Source: a bacterium (GTDB lineage Bacteria > Electryoneota > RPQS01). Taken from it: 64,000 nucleotides of DNA. The stretch lies in the NCBI GenBank assembly GCA_016703065.1, contig JADJCU010000003.1:457045-521044 (forward strand), written 5' to 3'. A program made the translations under genes and the position numbers. Positions 1 through 10,485 of the stretch are shown here, piece by piece; the first letter of the stretch is position 1; the number at the start of each line of letters is the position of its first letter. The notes under the pieces were generated by a model that was not told where the DNA came from, searched no databases, and worked only from the letters and a program-made list of their open reading frames with translations.

Positions 1-1
1 A

Positions 2-895
2 TACGGAACGTTCAGCGCGGCGTCGAATGTGACGGGGATATTGAACGACTGTCACGCGCTGGCGAGGGTGCTGCACGAAAACGGAGCGTACGCCTTTTTC
101 GATTATGCGGCGGCGGGGCCGTACGTCGAAATTGACATGCATCCGGCGGACGATCCGCTGGGTTATTTCGACGCGGTGTTTTTGTCGGTGCACAAGTTTC
201 TGGGCGGGCCGAGAACACCGGGCGTGTTGGTGGCCAACAAGCACTTGTTTACGAATCGGGTTCCGGCAGAGCCGGGCGGCGGGACGGTGCTCTACACGTC
301 ACCGTGGGATCATCGCTATTTGGCGTCGATTGCGCACCGTGAAACGGGCGGTACGCCGCCGATTGTGCAGAGTATTCAGGCAGGGCTGGCGTTTGATTTG
401 AAGGCGGCAATTGGAACGGAACGGATTGCGCGGATAGAGCACGATTACATGACGCGCGCGCTGAAGGAGTGGATGAAGAACGACAGGATTTTGATTCTCG
501 GGCTGACGGATGCGCAGCGGCTCGGAGTATTCAGTGTGATATTCAAGGACCTGCATCACAATCTCGCGGCGGCGCTGTTCAACGATTTGTTTGGCATACA
601 GGTGCGCGGCGGGTGTATGTGCGCGGGACCATACGGGCATCTCTTGCTGCATATCGAGCAGTCGCATTCGAGTGAAATACGCGAGCGGCTCGACCACGGG
701 CATATCGGTGAGAAGCCGGGCTGGGTGAGAATCAGTTTATCGCCGACGGTGAGTGAAGAGGAGTTTCAGGCGTTGCTGGAGGCGGTGGATCACATCAGCA
801 AGCACGGGAAGAAATACGAGTCGCAGTACAAGTTGGTGGACGATACGGGAGAATGGGAGTGCGCGGATTGTGGGCAGGTTGTTAACCTGCACTGA
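2..895 (+). CDS. Class V-fold PLP-dependent aminotransferase / cysteine-desulfurase-like enzyme, C-terminal part (5' end outside window)
   Basis: Frame is open from the window edge (YGTFSAASNVTGI precedes the listed 29..895 ORF). The SVHKFLGGP lysine context and overall pattern are typical of the aminotransferase class V fold. Confidence 0.7.
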   Translation, partial: YGTFSAASNVTGILNDCHALARVLHENGAYAFFDYAAAGPYVEIDMHPADDPLGYFDAVFLSVHKFLGGPRTPGVLVANKHLFTNRVPAEPGGGTVLYTSPWDHRYLASIAHRETGGTPPIVQSIQAGLAFDLKAAIGTERIARIEHDYMTRALKEWMKNDRILILGLTDAQRLGVFSVIFKDLHHNLAAALFNDLFGIQVRGGCMCAGPYGHLLLHIEQSHSSEIRERLDHGHIGEKPGWVRISLSPTVSEEEFQALLEAVDHISKHGKKYESQYKLVDDTGEWECADCGQVVNLH

Positions 896-1606
896 TGGCG
901 CTGGCGCGTATGCGCTTTGGGAAGGGAGTTACCTATGCGGACGCCTGTTGTAGAGGTGGTCTTTTCACCCGTTCTGAGTTACTTGAGTACGTGCCAGTCG
1001 CGTCAATTTCATGTCTGACCTTCCGAGTCTACTCCGTTCAGGCCGTTCGGTTGGCCTCTTCCGCCGGGTTCCTCCGGGAGAGGGCTGGTCGGTTAGATGT
1101 TGCTAATATAACACATAATTTACGATTTGTCAAGTCCGGGCGGACTTTATAAATCAAATAGTTGGAAATTGGGGGGGGGTGGAGGAGAGGCGAGACCCGC
1201 ATCCCCCGGCCCGTTCTCCATGAATGGAGAAGGGGAGAGCGGTAGCGGATTCCGGCGGGGAAAGTTTCGGCAAGCGGGGCAGGTGAAGACACCTGCCGCC
1301 GCGAATCATGGGCGCAACGAGCTATTTTGGGATAGGCCCTTAGTCCCCCCAAATCCGCAGGCGAATTTGGGGGGAGAGCGGAGGGATGCTTCACTGCGTT
1401 CAGCATGACAATGGGTTCACCGCTTTGCGAAGACGGGGCACCCGCAGCGGGTGCCGCCGGGAAAATGTTATTCAGAGGCCCGCCTTTGTCCCCCCAAAGT
1501 TGCGGACAACTTTGGCGGGAAAGCCGGAGGGACAATGTTGTGACAATTTGGGGGATGAAGTGTTGTATATTTAGGGTGGAATCAGGATTAGTTTATCCAA
1601 AATAGA

Positions 1607-2680
1607 TTGAATGCTATGGATATTGTAGAGTTAGCTCGGATTCCCAAGAAGCCTCTCCCGGGGACGGCTAAGGGGAAGATGTACAAGGGATTTTGGACGG
1701 CGAGGCATGTGGTGCAGATTTCGTTTGCACTACTGAATGTCGTGCTGGGGATTCAGTTCTGGTTTTTTGTGCGCGCATTGGAAGACGGGGGCACGGGGCC
1801 GCTTCCCCCCCGCCCTGCCGGAGTCGAGGGGTGGCTGCCGATTTCGGGGTTGATGGGAGTGATTGACTGGTTCGCGCGCGGCGACTTGAATCTAATCCAC
1901 CCGGCCTCGGCGATTCTGACGCTGTGTTTCATTGCGGTCGCGTTTCTGATGCGCAAGTCGTTCTGTTCGTGGCTGTGTCCTGTAGGGACTATCAGTGAGG
2001 GGCTGGCACTATTGGGAAGAAAGCTGTTTGGCAAGACGTGGCTGCTGCCGCGCTGGCTGGACTACTCGCTGATGACCATTAAGTACATTTTGCTTGGGCT
2101 GTTTCTGTTCGCGTTTTTTGTGATGGGTGCGGCCGGAATTGCGAGCTTCATGAGCAGTCCATACAATCAGCTTGCTGATGTGAAGATGCTACTGTTCTTC
2201 GTGGAAATCGGAATCGTGGGGATTGTTGTCATCGCGATTCTGATGATTGGCAGCGTGTTTGTCGAGGGGTTCTGGTGCAGGTATTTGTGTCCCTACGGCG
2301 CGATGCTGGGGCTGGTGTCGTGGGCAAGTCCGCTGAAGATCCGGCGGAATGTCGAGACGTGTATTGATTGCGACCGCTGTACGAAGGCGTGTCCGTCGCG
2401 CTTGCCGGTTGCCACAAAGCTCAGGATTGTTTCACCGGAGTGTACGGGCTGTTTGAAGTGCGAGAACGTGTGCCCGATTCAGGATTGCATCACGATAGCC
2501 CCTACGCCGCGCACGAAGTTTAATGCGAAGCAGTTTGCGCTGACCGTGCTGGGAATTTGGCTGGCGTTTGTGCTGGTGGCGAAAGTCGCAGGTGTATGGA
2601 ACACCACGATTACGGATGAGGAGTATCGTTATCACTACGAACGGCGGGATCAGCCGCAATACGGGCATCCGGGTCAGTGA
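1607..2680 (+). CDS. Membrane-bound polyferredoxin-type 4Fe-4S protein (NapH/MauN/YccM-like)
   Basis: 357-aa ORF with several hydrophobic helices. Carries CSWLCPVG and CRYLCPYG motifs plus two ferredoxin clusters, CIDCDRCTKACP and CTGCLKCENVCP. Confidence 0.75.
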   Translation: MNAMDIVELARIPKKPLPGTAKGKMYKGFWTARHVVQISFALLNVVLGIQFWFFVRALEDGGTGPLPPRPAGVEGWLPISGLMGVIDWFARGDLNLIHPASAILTLCFIAVAFLMRKSFCSWLCPVGTISEGLALLGRKLFGKTWLLPRWLDYSLMTIKYILLGLFLFAFFVMGAAGIASFMSSPYNQLADVKMLLFFVEIGIVGIVVIAILMIGSVFVEGFWCRYLCPYGAMLGLVSWASPLKIRRNVETCIDCDRCTKACPSRLPVATKLRIVSPECTGCLKCENVCPIQDCITIAPTPRTKFNAKQFALTVLGIWLAFVLVAKVAGVWNTTITDEEYRYHYERRDQPQYGHPGQ

Positions 2681-2966
2681 GTGTTGGCGGGCGGCCTGCG
2701 ATGGGTCCGAAAAGAGAGGCATGTGGCCTCAGGAGAACACGCTACCGACCCCGATTCGGCACACGGCCCGACGAACCGCAGCGTTAGGATATAGTTAGGG
2801 TAGTGCTGGACGATTTTGGACCTCGGAGTCATGATCAAGCATCGGCTTGAGTCCCTTGACAACGGTGGACTTGTAGGCTATATTACCGGAGTAAAAAGTC
2901 CATAATTTCATTTTGCTTCGATATGCAGGCCCAATGGGGTGAGGTCCAGACAAGAAGGAGACGCAC

Positions 2967-3905
2967 ATGCGGAAGTTACTATTAGTTTTAGCAGTTGTAG
3001 TCTGCGTAGGGGTGGGGCGCGTGACGGCCCAGCCGTGTAATGCCAGTACGTATGTGAATCCGGCACCGGGGTCGAGCACATGTGTCATCATCTGCCCGGG
3101 TTCGATATTGCAGATTCATGTATTCGGGCCTCTGGGTCCAAACCAGACGCCGGTTTTTGGCGCGATGATGACCTGCAATCCATGGCCGGCCTCATTGTGC
3201 GACTTTGAGTGTCCGTTTCCTCCGAATCCGGTGTTCTTCACGTATGACCCTGTCGCGTGGACCTACAATTCAGCGGACGGTAGTTTTGATAACTTCATCT
3301 ACGGTACGGGCGAAGGTTGTTTGTGTTTGACGTTTGAGGGGATTCTCGGCGCGGAGCTTCTGGGGTTCGATGCATCTGCGGGCGACAACACGGTCATGCT
3401 GACGTGGCGCACGGCGAGTGAAACGGACAACGAGGCGTTTGAGATTCACCGTGACGGCGCAAAGATCGGCGAAGTTTCGTCGAGCGGGAACACGACATCC
3501 GGTCACAGCTACTCGTGGATCGACGATGCTGCGACAAACGGCGTTCCTTATACGTATCGTCTGCTTGCCCGAGATGTCCACGGGACACTTGAAGAGCTGG
3601 GCGTCGCTTCTGCCACGCCGCAGTCGGGCGCAGGCTTGGTGACGGGTTATGCACTGCACGGTAACTACCCAAATCCTTTCAACCCGACGACGACAATTTC
3701 GTTTGACTTGGCGGCCGCAGGCCATGCAACGCTGAAGGTATTAAACATTCAGGGTCAGGAGATCGCAACGCTTGTGAACGGCCAACTGCTGGCCGGAAGT
3801 CACGTGTCCGCCTTTGACGCCACGGGCCTTCCATCGGGCATGTATTTCACGCGGTTGGAAGTCAACGGATTCACGGCAACGGAGAAGATGCTGTTGCTTA
3901 AGTGA
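2967..3905 (+). CDS. Secreted protein with T9SS (Por_Secre_tail) C-terminal sorting domain
   Basis: N-terminal signal peptide MRKLLLVLAVVVCVGVG. The C-terminal ~80 aa (NYPNPFNPTTTISFDL...GMYFTRLEVNGFTATEKMLLLK) match the T9SS type A sorting-domain pattern. Confidence 0.8.
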   Translation: MRKLLLVLAVVVCVGVGRVTAQPCNASTYVNPAPGSSTCVIICPGSILQIHVFGPLGPNQTPVFGAMMTCNPWPASLCDFECPFPPNPVFFTYDPVAWTYNSADGSFDNFIYGTGEGCLCLTFEGILGAELLGFDASAGDNTVMLTWRTASETDNEAFEIHRDGAKIGEVSSSGNTTSGHSYSWIDDAATNGVPYTYRLLARDVHGTLEELGVASATPQSGAGLVTGYALHGNYPNPFNPTTTISFDLAAAGHATLKVLNIQGQEIATLVNGQLLAGSHVSAFDATGLPSGMYFTRLEVNGFTATEKMLLLK

Positions 3906-3943
3906 CAGGCATAAGAGCATTCGGATCGGTAGGCATTATAGAG

Positions 3944-3973
3944 GTCGCTCAGCAATGAGCGGCTTCTTTTTTT
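3944..3973 (+). terminator. Rho-independent terminator after the T9SS-cargo gene
   Basis: 8-bp stem GTCGCTCA/TGAGCGGC with a GCAA loop, followed by TTCTTTTTTT. Confidence 0.7.
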
Positions 3974-4118
3974 CCGGGGGGGTGCAATTCGTCGGCGGGG
4001 CATGGCAAGTTGTGAAGGGGAACGTGCTACGCGCCGCAGGGCAGGGGTTAGGGGGATTGGACAATAGGGGAGAAAATGAGTATATTTAGAGGTTTGGCTT
4101 TTTTCACACACGGGATAC

Positions 4119-5231
4119 ATGGGAATCGAGGAGTTGAGCACAAATAAGCTGAGTTCATTGTCGCTGGGGGATTTGATTTCGCGGTTGCCGATCATCCAAG
4201 GCGGGATGGGGGTTGGGATTTCTCTCTCGGGGCTATCGGCTGCCGTGGCAAATGCCGGGGGCATCGGGGTCATCGCGACAGCGGGCATCGGCATGGATGA
4301 GCCGGACTACTTCAAGAGCTTCTTGGAGGCGAATCTGCGGGCGCTGCGCGAAGAGATCCGCAAGGCGCGAGCGGCAACCCGGGGCGTGCTTGGTGTGAAC
4401 ATCATGGTCGCGCTGTCGAACTACGCCGAGATGGTGCGGGCGGCGATCGAAGAGAAGATTGACATCGTATTTTCTGGAGCAGGCATGCCGATGAACTTGC
4501 CGGAGTATCGTCCGGAGGGTTCGTCGACGAAGCTGGTTCCGATCGTATCATCGGGGCGGGCTGCGGGAATTTTGTGTAAGCGGTGGCTGACGAAGTATTC
4601 GACCTTGCCCGACGCATTCGTGGTAGAAGGTCCGATGGCTGGCGGGCACCTGGGATTCAAGTCCGAACAGCTTGGCGACAGCGAGTATAAGCTCGAAAAG
4701 CTGGTCGTGGATGTCATTGAGACGGTGAAGCCGTTTGCCGAGGAAGCAGGACGGCCAATCCCGGTGATTGCGGCAGGCGGAATCTACACGGGCGAAGATA
4801 TTCTGCGATTCATGAAGCTGGGCGCAGCGGGAGTGCAGATGGGCACACGGTTCGTGGCGACACATGAGTGTGATGCTTCGGCGGCGTTCAAGCAGATGTA
4901 CATCGACGCAAAGCAAGAGGACTTGACGATCATCTCGAGTCCGGTGGGGATGCCGGGGCGGGCATTGAAGAATCCTTTCTTGGACGCGGTGGAACGCGGG
5001 GAGAAGGTGCCGATCAAATGTCCATACCATTGCATCATCACGTGCAACTACCCGAACACGCCCTACTGTATAGCGAACGCTCTAATGAACGCGAAACGCG
5101 GAAACCTGAAACATGGGTTCGCGTTTGCCGGGAGCAACGCCTATCGGGTCAAAGAGTTGATGTCGGTGAAGGAGCTGATGGAGTCTCTTGTGGAGTCGTA
5201 TGAGGCGGCAGCGCAAGCGGATGAGACATGA
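4119..5231 (+). CDS. Nitronate monooxygenase family / NAD(P)H-dependent flavin oxidoreductase (FabK-like TIM barrel)
   Basis: 370-aa ORF with PIIQGGMGVGIS, VEGPMAGGHLGF and IPVIAAGGIYTGEDI motifs characteristic of the NMO/2-nitropropane dioxygenase family. Confidence 0.8.
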   Translation: MGIEELSTNKLSSLSLGDLISRLPIIQGGMGVGISLSGLSAAVANAGGIGVIATAGIGMDEPDYFKSFLEANLRALREEIRKARAATRGVLGVNIMVALSNYAEMVRAAIEEKIDIVFSGAGMPMNLPEYRPEGSSTKLVPIVSSGRAAGILCKRWLTKYSTLPDAFVVEGPMAGGHLGFKSEQLGDSEYKLEKLVVDVIETVKPFAEEAGRPIPVIAAGGIYTGEDILRFMKLGAAGVQMGTRFVATHECDASAAFKQMYIDAKQEDLTIISSPVGMPGRALKNPFLDAVERGEKVPIKCPYHCIITCNYPNTPYCIANALMNAKRGNLKHGFAFAGSNAYRVKELMSVKELMESLVESYEAAAQADET

Positions 5232-5264
5232 TTGGTAACCAGCAATGGTATCTCAGGAACATGC

Positions 5265-5296
5265 AAAGCCCTCCCGGAAATCGAGAGGGCTTTTTG
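5265..5296 (+). terminator. Rho-independent terminator
   Basis: Stem AAAGCCCTC/GAGGGCTTT followed by a T run. Confidence 0.7.
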
Positions 5297-5734
5297 TATA
5301 TCACTTTTCGGGATGTGGCCACGGATGTTCCGTTGGTGACGGTTGCGAGCAGCAGAGCCGCACGATACTCGGCACACTCCAACCGGTTCAAAGGTAGGAT
5401 TTGAAAAAGATGACACAGGTGTTGCCGGACGGCAAAGGCCGGAGGGAGTCTGCACAATGCGATGATATGCGGGCGCCGCAAGGCGTAGGCGGGTTGGCGT
5501 GTGATCATAGAACTTGACATAGAATATCGTTTTCCATTGCCTAACGTGACAGAAATCACTATCTTTGTGCCGGATTTCGCAAGGCTGTAGTGAATTTCCC
5601 TGCCTGACTCCGCAGACCCTGTTGCCCCGAAACGTAGGAAACGCGCTTTGGGGTTCTTTCTTCCTGCCCTCCGCCCGGTTTCTGTAATTCTTTCTTTTCA
5701 TATAGTTAGCTATTCACAACCCAAAAGGGTGTCC

Positions 5735-8219
5735 ATGAAGAACAAGCAGAACTTCGGACGACGCCGGCGTCTTCCCATGTGGTTGATCGCTGGAGTAGTC
5801 GTAGTCAGTGCAGCGTTTTTGGCGGTCGGTCCGTCGTTATTGGCCTCTCCGTCGGCTCCAGTTGCGCAGAGCGCACCGGTTCTGGCACCGGCTCATGAGC
5901 ATGGCGGCGGAGGCGGCCATGGCGAGGCGATTCAATTGCCGTTCGGTCCGGATGCATGGCTGCCGCTATACATCGTGCTGGGCGGCGCAATTCTGGCTCT
6001 TTGCTTTGGTTATTATTGGTCGCGCAAGACCGACAAGGAAAGTCCGGGCAGCGAGCGCATGCAGAGCGTAGGCAGGGCGATCCAGGAAGGCGCATTTGCG
6101 TATCTTGCGCGCCAAGTGCGCACGATGATTCCGCTTGTGATTCTGATTACGATCGGTCTGTTCTTCCTCTACAAGTCGCAGTATCAATCGATACTGCCGG
6201 AAGAGGCAACGAAGTTGGGTATCGGCGTGGCGCTGGCGTTCCTGTTGGGTGTGACGGCTTCCTATTTGGCCGGATACGTTGGCATGGGCGTGGCGGTAAA
6301 AGCAAATATGCGTGTCGCGCATGCGGCGCTGACGAGCTTCAAGCGTTCGCTTGAGATCGCGTTCACAGCGGGTGCTGTGTCTTCAGGAAAACGCGATGTT
6401 CGTGCTGGTGGGCTTCGGCTTTGGTGGATCGCTGGCAGCGTTGTTCATGCGTGTCGGCGGCGGTATTTTCACCAAGGCAGCTGACGTTGGCGCGGACTTA
6501 GTGGGCAAGGTTGAAGCGGGAATTCCCGAAGACGATCCGCGTAATGCGGCGACGATAGCGGATAACGTGGGTGATAACGTCGGCGACTGCGCGGGTATGG
6601 CGGCTGACGTGTTTGAATCGTACGAAGTGACGCTGGTGGCCGCGATTATTCTTGCGGCGGCTGTGGGCGGCACCTTAGCCGCGAACGGATTCGGCGGTTT
6701 GATGACAGCGGGGTCGTTCACATCGGTCTTTACTTTGAAGCTGGTTATTTACGCGCTGCTCGTGCGCGCAGTCGGTGTGGTCGCATCGATTATCGGGATC
6801 ATGGCCGTTAAGGGCAAAGATGATCCGAATATGAATCCGATGGACCCGATCAACCGCGGCGCTACAGTTTCGATCGTAGCGGCGTCGCTCGGTTTTCTCG
6901 GAGTTGCGTATTGGGTATTCGGTTCGGGTTTACCGGCGGTACCTGCTGGTGCGGACCGAGGTCTGGCCGATATCGTTGGAGACTTTTGGTTCTACGCGTT
7001 CCTTGCGACGTTCTTCGGCATCGTGCTGACGTACGTGATCGGGAAGTTGACGGAGTACTTCACTGCGGCCGAGAAGAAACCGGTGACGGAAATTGCGACG
7101 GCAGCGAAGACCGGTCCGGCGACATTGATTCTGTCGGGTTTGGCGGAAGGTCTGGAATCGTCGGTGTGGTCGGCGGTTTCAATTGCGGCGACGATTTACG
7201 GCGCCTACGCGCTGTTCCACGATCCGGCGATGGCGGCTTATGCGATAGCCTTGGCAGGTCTGGGCCTGTTGGCGACGACGGGTTACGTGCTGGCAGAAGA
7301 TACGTTCGGTCCGATTTCGGACAACGCGAACGGGGTATTTGAAATGTCCGGCGCTTTGATAAATGCAGACGGATCAAAGAACCACGCGGCGCATAACATC
7401 GTGGCACGTTTGGATATGGTTGGCAACACGACGAAAGCGTTGACGAAGGGGTTTGCGATAGCGACGGCGGTAATCGCGGCGGTGGCGCTCTACCGGTCTT
7501 ACATCGACACGGTTGCGGTGAAGGATCCGGATATTCTTACGAAGGGTATTCAGGTAAACCTGCCGGAGATCTTCATTGGTCTGTTGATCGGCGGCGCGGT
7601 GCCGTTCCTGTTTTCAAGTTTTGCGATTCGGGCGGTCTCGCGCGCGGCGGTGCTTCTCGTTGAAGAAGTGCGCCGTCAATTCCGTGAGATTCCCGGAATC
7701 ATGGAGTACAGGGGTGTGGGCGAAAAGGGCAAGCCGGATTACGCGCGCTGCGTGGAGATTTCGACTGCCGCGGCACAGAAGGAACTTCTGGGACCTGGCC
7801 TGTTGGCGATTTTCGCACCGGTGTTGTGCGGCTTCTGGCTTGGACCGTACGCGTTGGGTGGATTCTCGCCGGTTGTATCCTGACGGGACAGTTGATGGCA
7901 GTGTTCATGTCGAACGCGGGCGGCGTGGGACAATGCCAAGAAGAAGATTGAAGACGGCTACTTGGGCGGCAAGGGTACGGAAGCGCACAAGGCCGGTGTG
8001 ATCGGTGATACGGTTGGTGATCCGCTGAAGGATACGGCAGGTCCGGCGTTGAACCCGATGATCAAGGTGATGAATCTTGTATCGATCTTGATTGCCCCAA
8101 GCACGGTCGTGATGTACGGGACGGGAAGCGGAATCGCGGTGGTCGTGGTTTCGGTGGCTGTTCTGGCTGGCGCGATCATGTTCTCGAAGCGCGGCGGGTT
8201 GGCAGTAGACGCGAAATAA
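5735..8219 (+). pseudogene. hppA: Membrane-integral H+/Na+-translocating pyrophosphatase, reading frame disrupted
   Basis: Three ORF pieces in different frames (5735-6484, 6351-7883, 7962-8219). Diagnostic motifs are GGGIFTKAADVGADLVGKVEAGIPEDDPRNAATIADNVGDNVGDCAGMAADVFESY and [22 protein letters not shown]. Frame breaks lie near 6385, 7865 and 7925. About one TM helix seems to be missing between AGAVS and VGFGFGGSL. Confidence 0.85.
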
Positions 8220-8223
8220 CCAG

Positions 8224-8750
8224 CGTGCCGCTGGACTGATTGCGCTGGCGCGGACGAACACATTGGGCGAGTTGCCGAAGAGCCGGTCATTGAGACCGGC
8301 TCTTCTCGATTCCGGCTTTGACACACTCTGCGTGCCGCTGGACTGATTGCGCTGGCGCGGACGAACACATTGGGCGAGTTGCCGAAGAGCCGGTCATTGA
8401 GACCGGCTCTTCTCGATTCCGGCTTTGACACACTCTGCGTGCCGCTGGGCTGATTGCGCTGGCGCGGACGAACACGTTGGGTGAGTTGCCGAAGAGCCGG
8501 TCATTGAGACCGGCTCTTCCCGATTCCCGCTTTGACACACTCTGCGTGCCGCTGGACTGATTGCGCTGGCGCGGACGAACACGTTGGGTGAGTTGCCGAA
8601 GAGCCGGTCATTGAGACCGGCTCTTCTCCCGATTCCCGCTTTGACACACTCTGCCCGGCGGCGCGGGCGGGCGGGCGGGGGGGGGGGGCCCGTGCCGCTG
8701 GACTGATTGCGCTGGCGCGGACGAACACATTGGGCGAGTTGCCGAAGAGC
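8224..8750. repeat. Head-to-tail tandem array of a 107-bp unit (4 full copies and 1 partial)
   Basis: Unit starts CGTGCCGCTGG at 8224, 8331, 8438, 8545 and 8691. Each unit contains a perfect hairpin GAAGAGCCGGTC-ATTGA-GACCGGCTCTTC (for example 8277-8305). A 37-nt pure G/C insert sits at 8654-8690, exactly at a unit junction. Confidence 0.95.
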
Positions 8751-8843
8751 CGCTCGCGGCGCTCTGCAAAATCGAGATGATCCCGGTAAACGAGAAAACG
8801 GGCACCTTGCGGGCGCCCGTTTCGCATTGCAGGAATCTGGTGA

Positions 8844-9830
8844 TTAGACGAAGAGGTGGATGACGTAAGAGACAATCGCACCGACCAAGGCCGAAGCGGG
8901 AATCGTGAGAATCCAGGCAATGACGATATTTCCGGCAAGACCCCAGCGGACGGCAGAGGCGCGGCGCGTTGCGCCGACGCCCATGATTGCGCCGCTAATG
9001 GTGTGCGTTGTGCTGACGGCGATTCCAGAAAAGGCCGTGACGAGCAAGGTAATTGCGCCGGCGGTTTCGGCGCAGAAACCACCTGATGGTTTCAGTTTGC
9101 AATTTTCGAGCCCATGGTCTTCACGATGCGCCACCCGCCGAAGAGCGTGCCGAGCGCGATGGCGAGATGTGAACCGATAATGACCAGATACGGGACTTGA
9201 AAGGAGTCGAGGACTTTGGCGGTCACGAGGAGTCCGGTGATGACACCCATCGTTTTCTGGGCATCATTTGTACCGTGTCCGATGCTGTATGCGGCAGCGG
9301 AGACGAGCTGCAAGCGGCGGAAGCCGCGATTGACACTTGAGCCGCGCCGCTTATGAAACATCCACATGACAATGGCCATCAAGATGAACCCCATGACCAT
9401 GCCCATCAAAGGGGGCAACGGCGATGAAGATGAGGGTTTTTGTCCAGCCGGAGTAGAGAATTGACTCGAACCCGGCGTGGGCAATGGCCGCTCCGGCATA
9501 GCCACCCATGAGGGCATGGGACGAGCTGGAGGGGATTCCGTAGTACCACGTGATCAGGTTCCAGGCAATCGCGCCGAGCAGACCGGAGAGAATGACGTAC
9601 TCATTGATCGCGGCGAGTTCGACGAGTCCTTTTCCGATGGTTTTGGCGACGTGCACATCGAAGAAGAAGGCCGCAACAAGATTGAAAAAGGCCGCCCAGA
9701 GGACAGCCTTGCGCGGAGTGAGCACGCGGGTCGAAACGATGGTGGCGATGGAATTGGCGGAGTCATGGAAGCCATTCAGGAAGTCGAACACCAGCGCGAC
9801 GAGAATGATGGTGATGACGAGCATCGTCAT
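8844..9830 (-). pseudogene. pit: Inorganic phosphate transporter, PiT family, reading frame disrupted
   Basis: Three pieces (9351-9830, 9092-9517, 8844-9134). Both PiT signature repeats are present: NGFHDSANSIAT and GHGTNDAQKTMG. The frame break near 9425 is at a C/T homopolymer. Confidence 0.85.
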
Positions 9831-9840
9831 GATATCACCG

Positions 9841-10485
9841 TCAGGCGTGTTTGATCAGAATGGTCTCGAGCACGTTAGCCGCGTCTTCGCAACGATCGGT
9901 AGCGGTCTCGAAGGCGACGAATATTTCTTTGAGTTTGATGACTTCAATCGGGTCATTGACCTGTTCGAACAGATTGGCGATGGCGCGCTCAAAGATATTA
10001 TCGGCGAGGTTCTCCAGTTCGTTGACGCGTTCGATAACGGACCGCAGTTCGGTGGGATTATTCATCCGGCGCAGCAGATGGACGCCGCGCTCGAGCTCGG
10101 TGACCGAGGAGTGCAGGCACTCGATCAGCTTGGTCATTTCGGGCGGGCACTCTTTGATCTTGTAGAGGACCATCCTCCCTGCTCCGCCGTCCATGTTGTC
10201 GAGAATGTCATCCAGCGCTGAGGCGAGGACATGGATGTCTTCGGGGTCGATGGGAGTGACGAAAGTGCCATTCAGCTCGGAGAAGATCCGATGGGTCACG
10301 GAGTCGCCGATGTGCTCGAGGCTTTTGATGTGTTCAACGACATCAATGCGGGCTTCGGGGGAGGCGGCGGGGAGTTTGAGGAGCGTTTCGGCTGCAAGGA
10401 CGATGTTACGGGCCGATTCTTCGAAGAGGGCAAAGAACTGATCATCGTGAGGGAGCAGGGCCTGGAGGATTCGATCAAGTCGCAT
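9841..10485 (-). CDS. DUF47 (PhoU-like) phosphate-transport regulator, Pit accessory protein
   Basis: 214-aa helical protein starting MRLDRILQALLPHDDQFFALFEE, directly upstream of and co-directional with pit. This is the standard DUF47-Pit pairing. Confidence 0.8.
   Translation of the reverse strand: MRLDRILQALLPHDDQFFALFEESARNIVLAAETLLKLPAASPEARIDVVEHIKSLEHIGDSVTHRIFSELNGTFVTPIDPEDIHVLASALDDILDNMDGGAGRMVLYKIKECPPEMTKLIECLHSSVTELERGVHLLRRMNNPTELRSVIERVNELENLADNIFERAIANLFEQVNDPIEVIKLKEIFVAFETATDRCEDAANVLETILIKHA

Noticed and set aside
1038-1535. 165-aa minus-strand ORF and overlapping plus-strand ORFs in the 896-1606 gap
   Set aside because: They have low-complexity Pro/Gly/Ala/Ser-rich composition, overlap each other in several frames, and coincide with G-rich repeats. 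There is no start context or motif.
8224-8750. Possible CRISPR array (regularly spaced repeats containing a hairpin)
   Set aside because: The 107-bp units abut head to tail with no unique spacers, the unit is far longer than a CRISPR repeat, and no cas genes are nearby. It is a plain tandem repeat.
7905-9082. Family of minus-strand ORFs sharing MSKPESRRAGLNDRLFGNSPNVFVRASAISPAAR...
   Set aside because: They are translations of the 107-bp tandem repeat, and of hppA antisense, in several frames. There is no independent coding signal.
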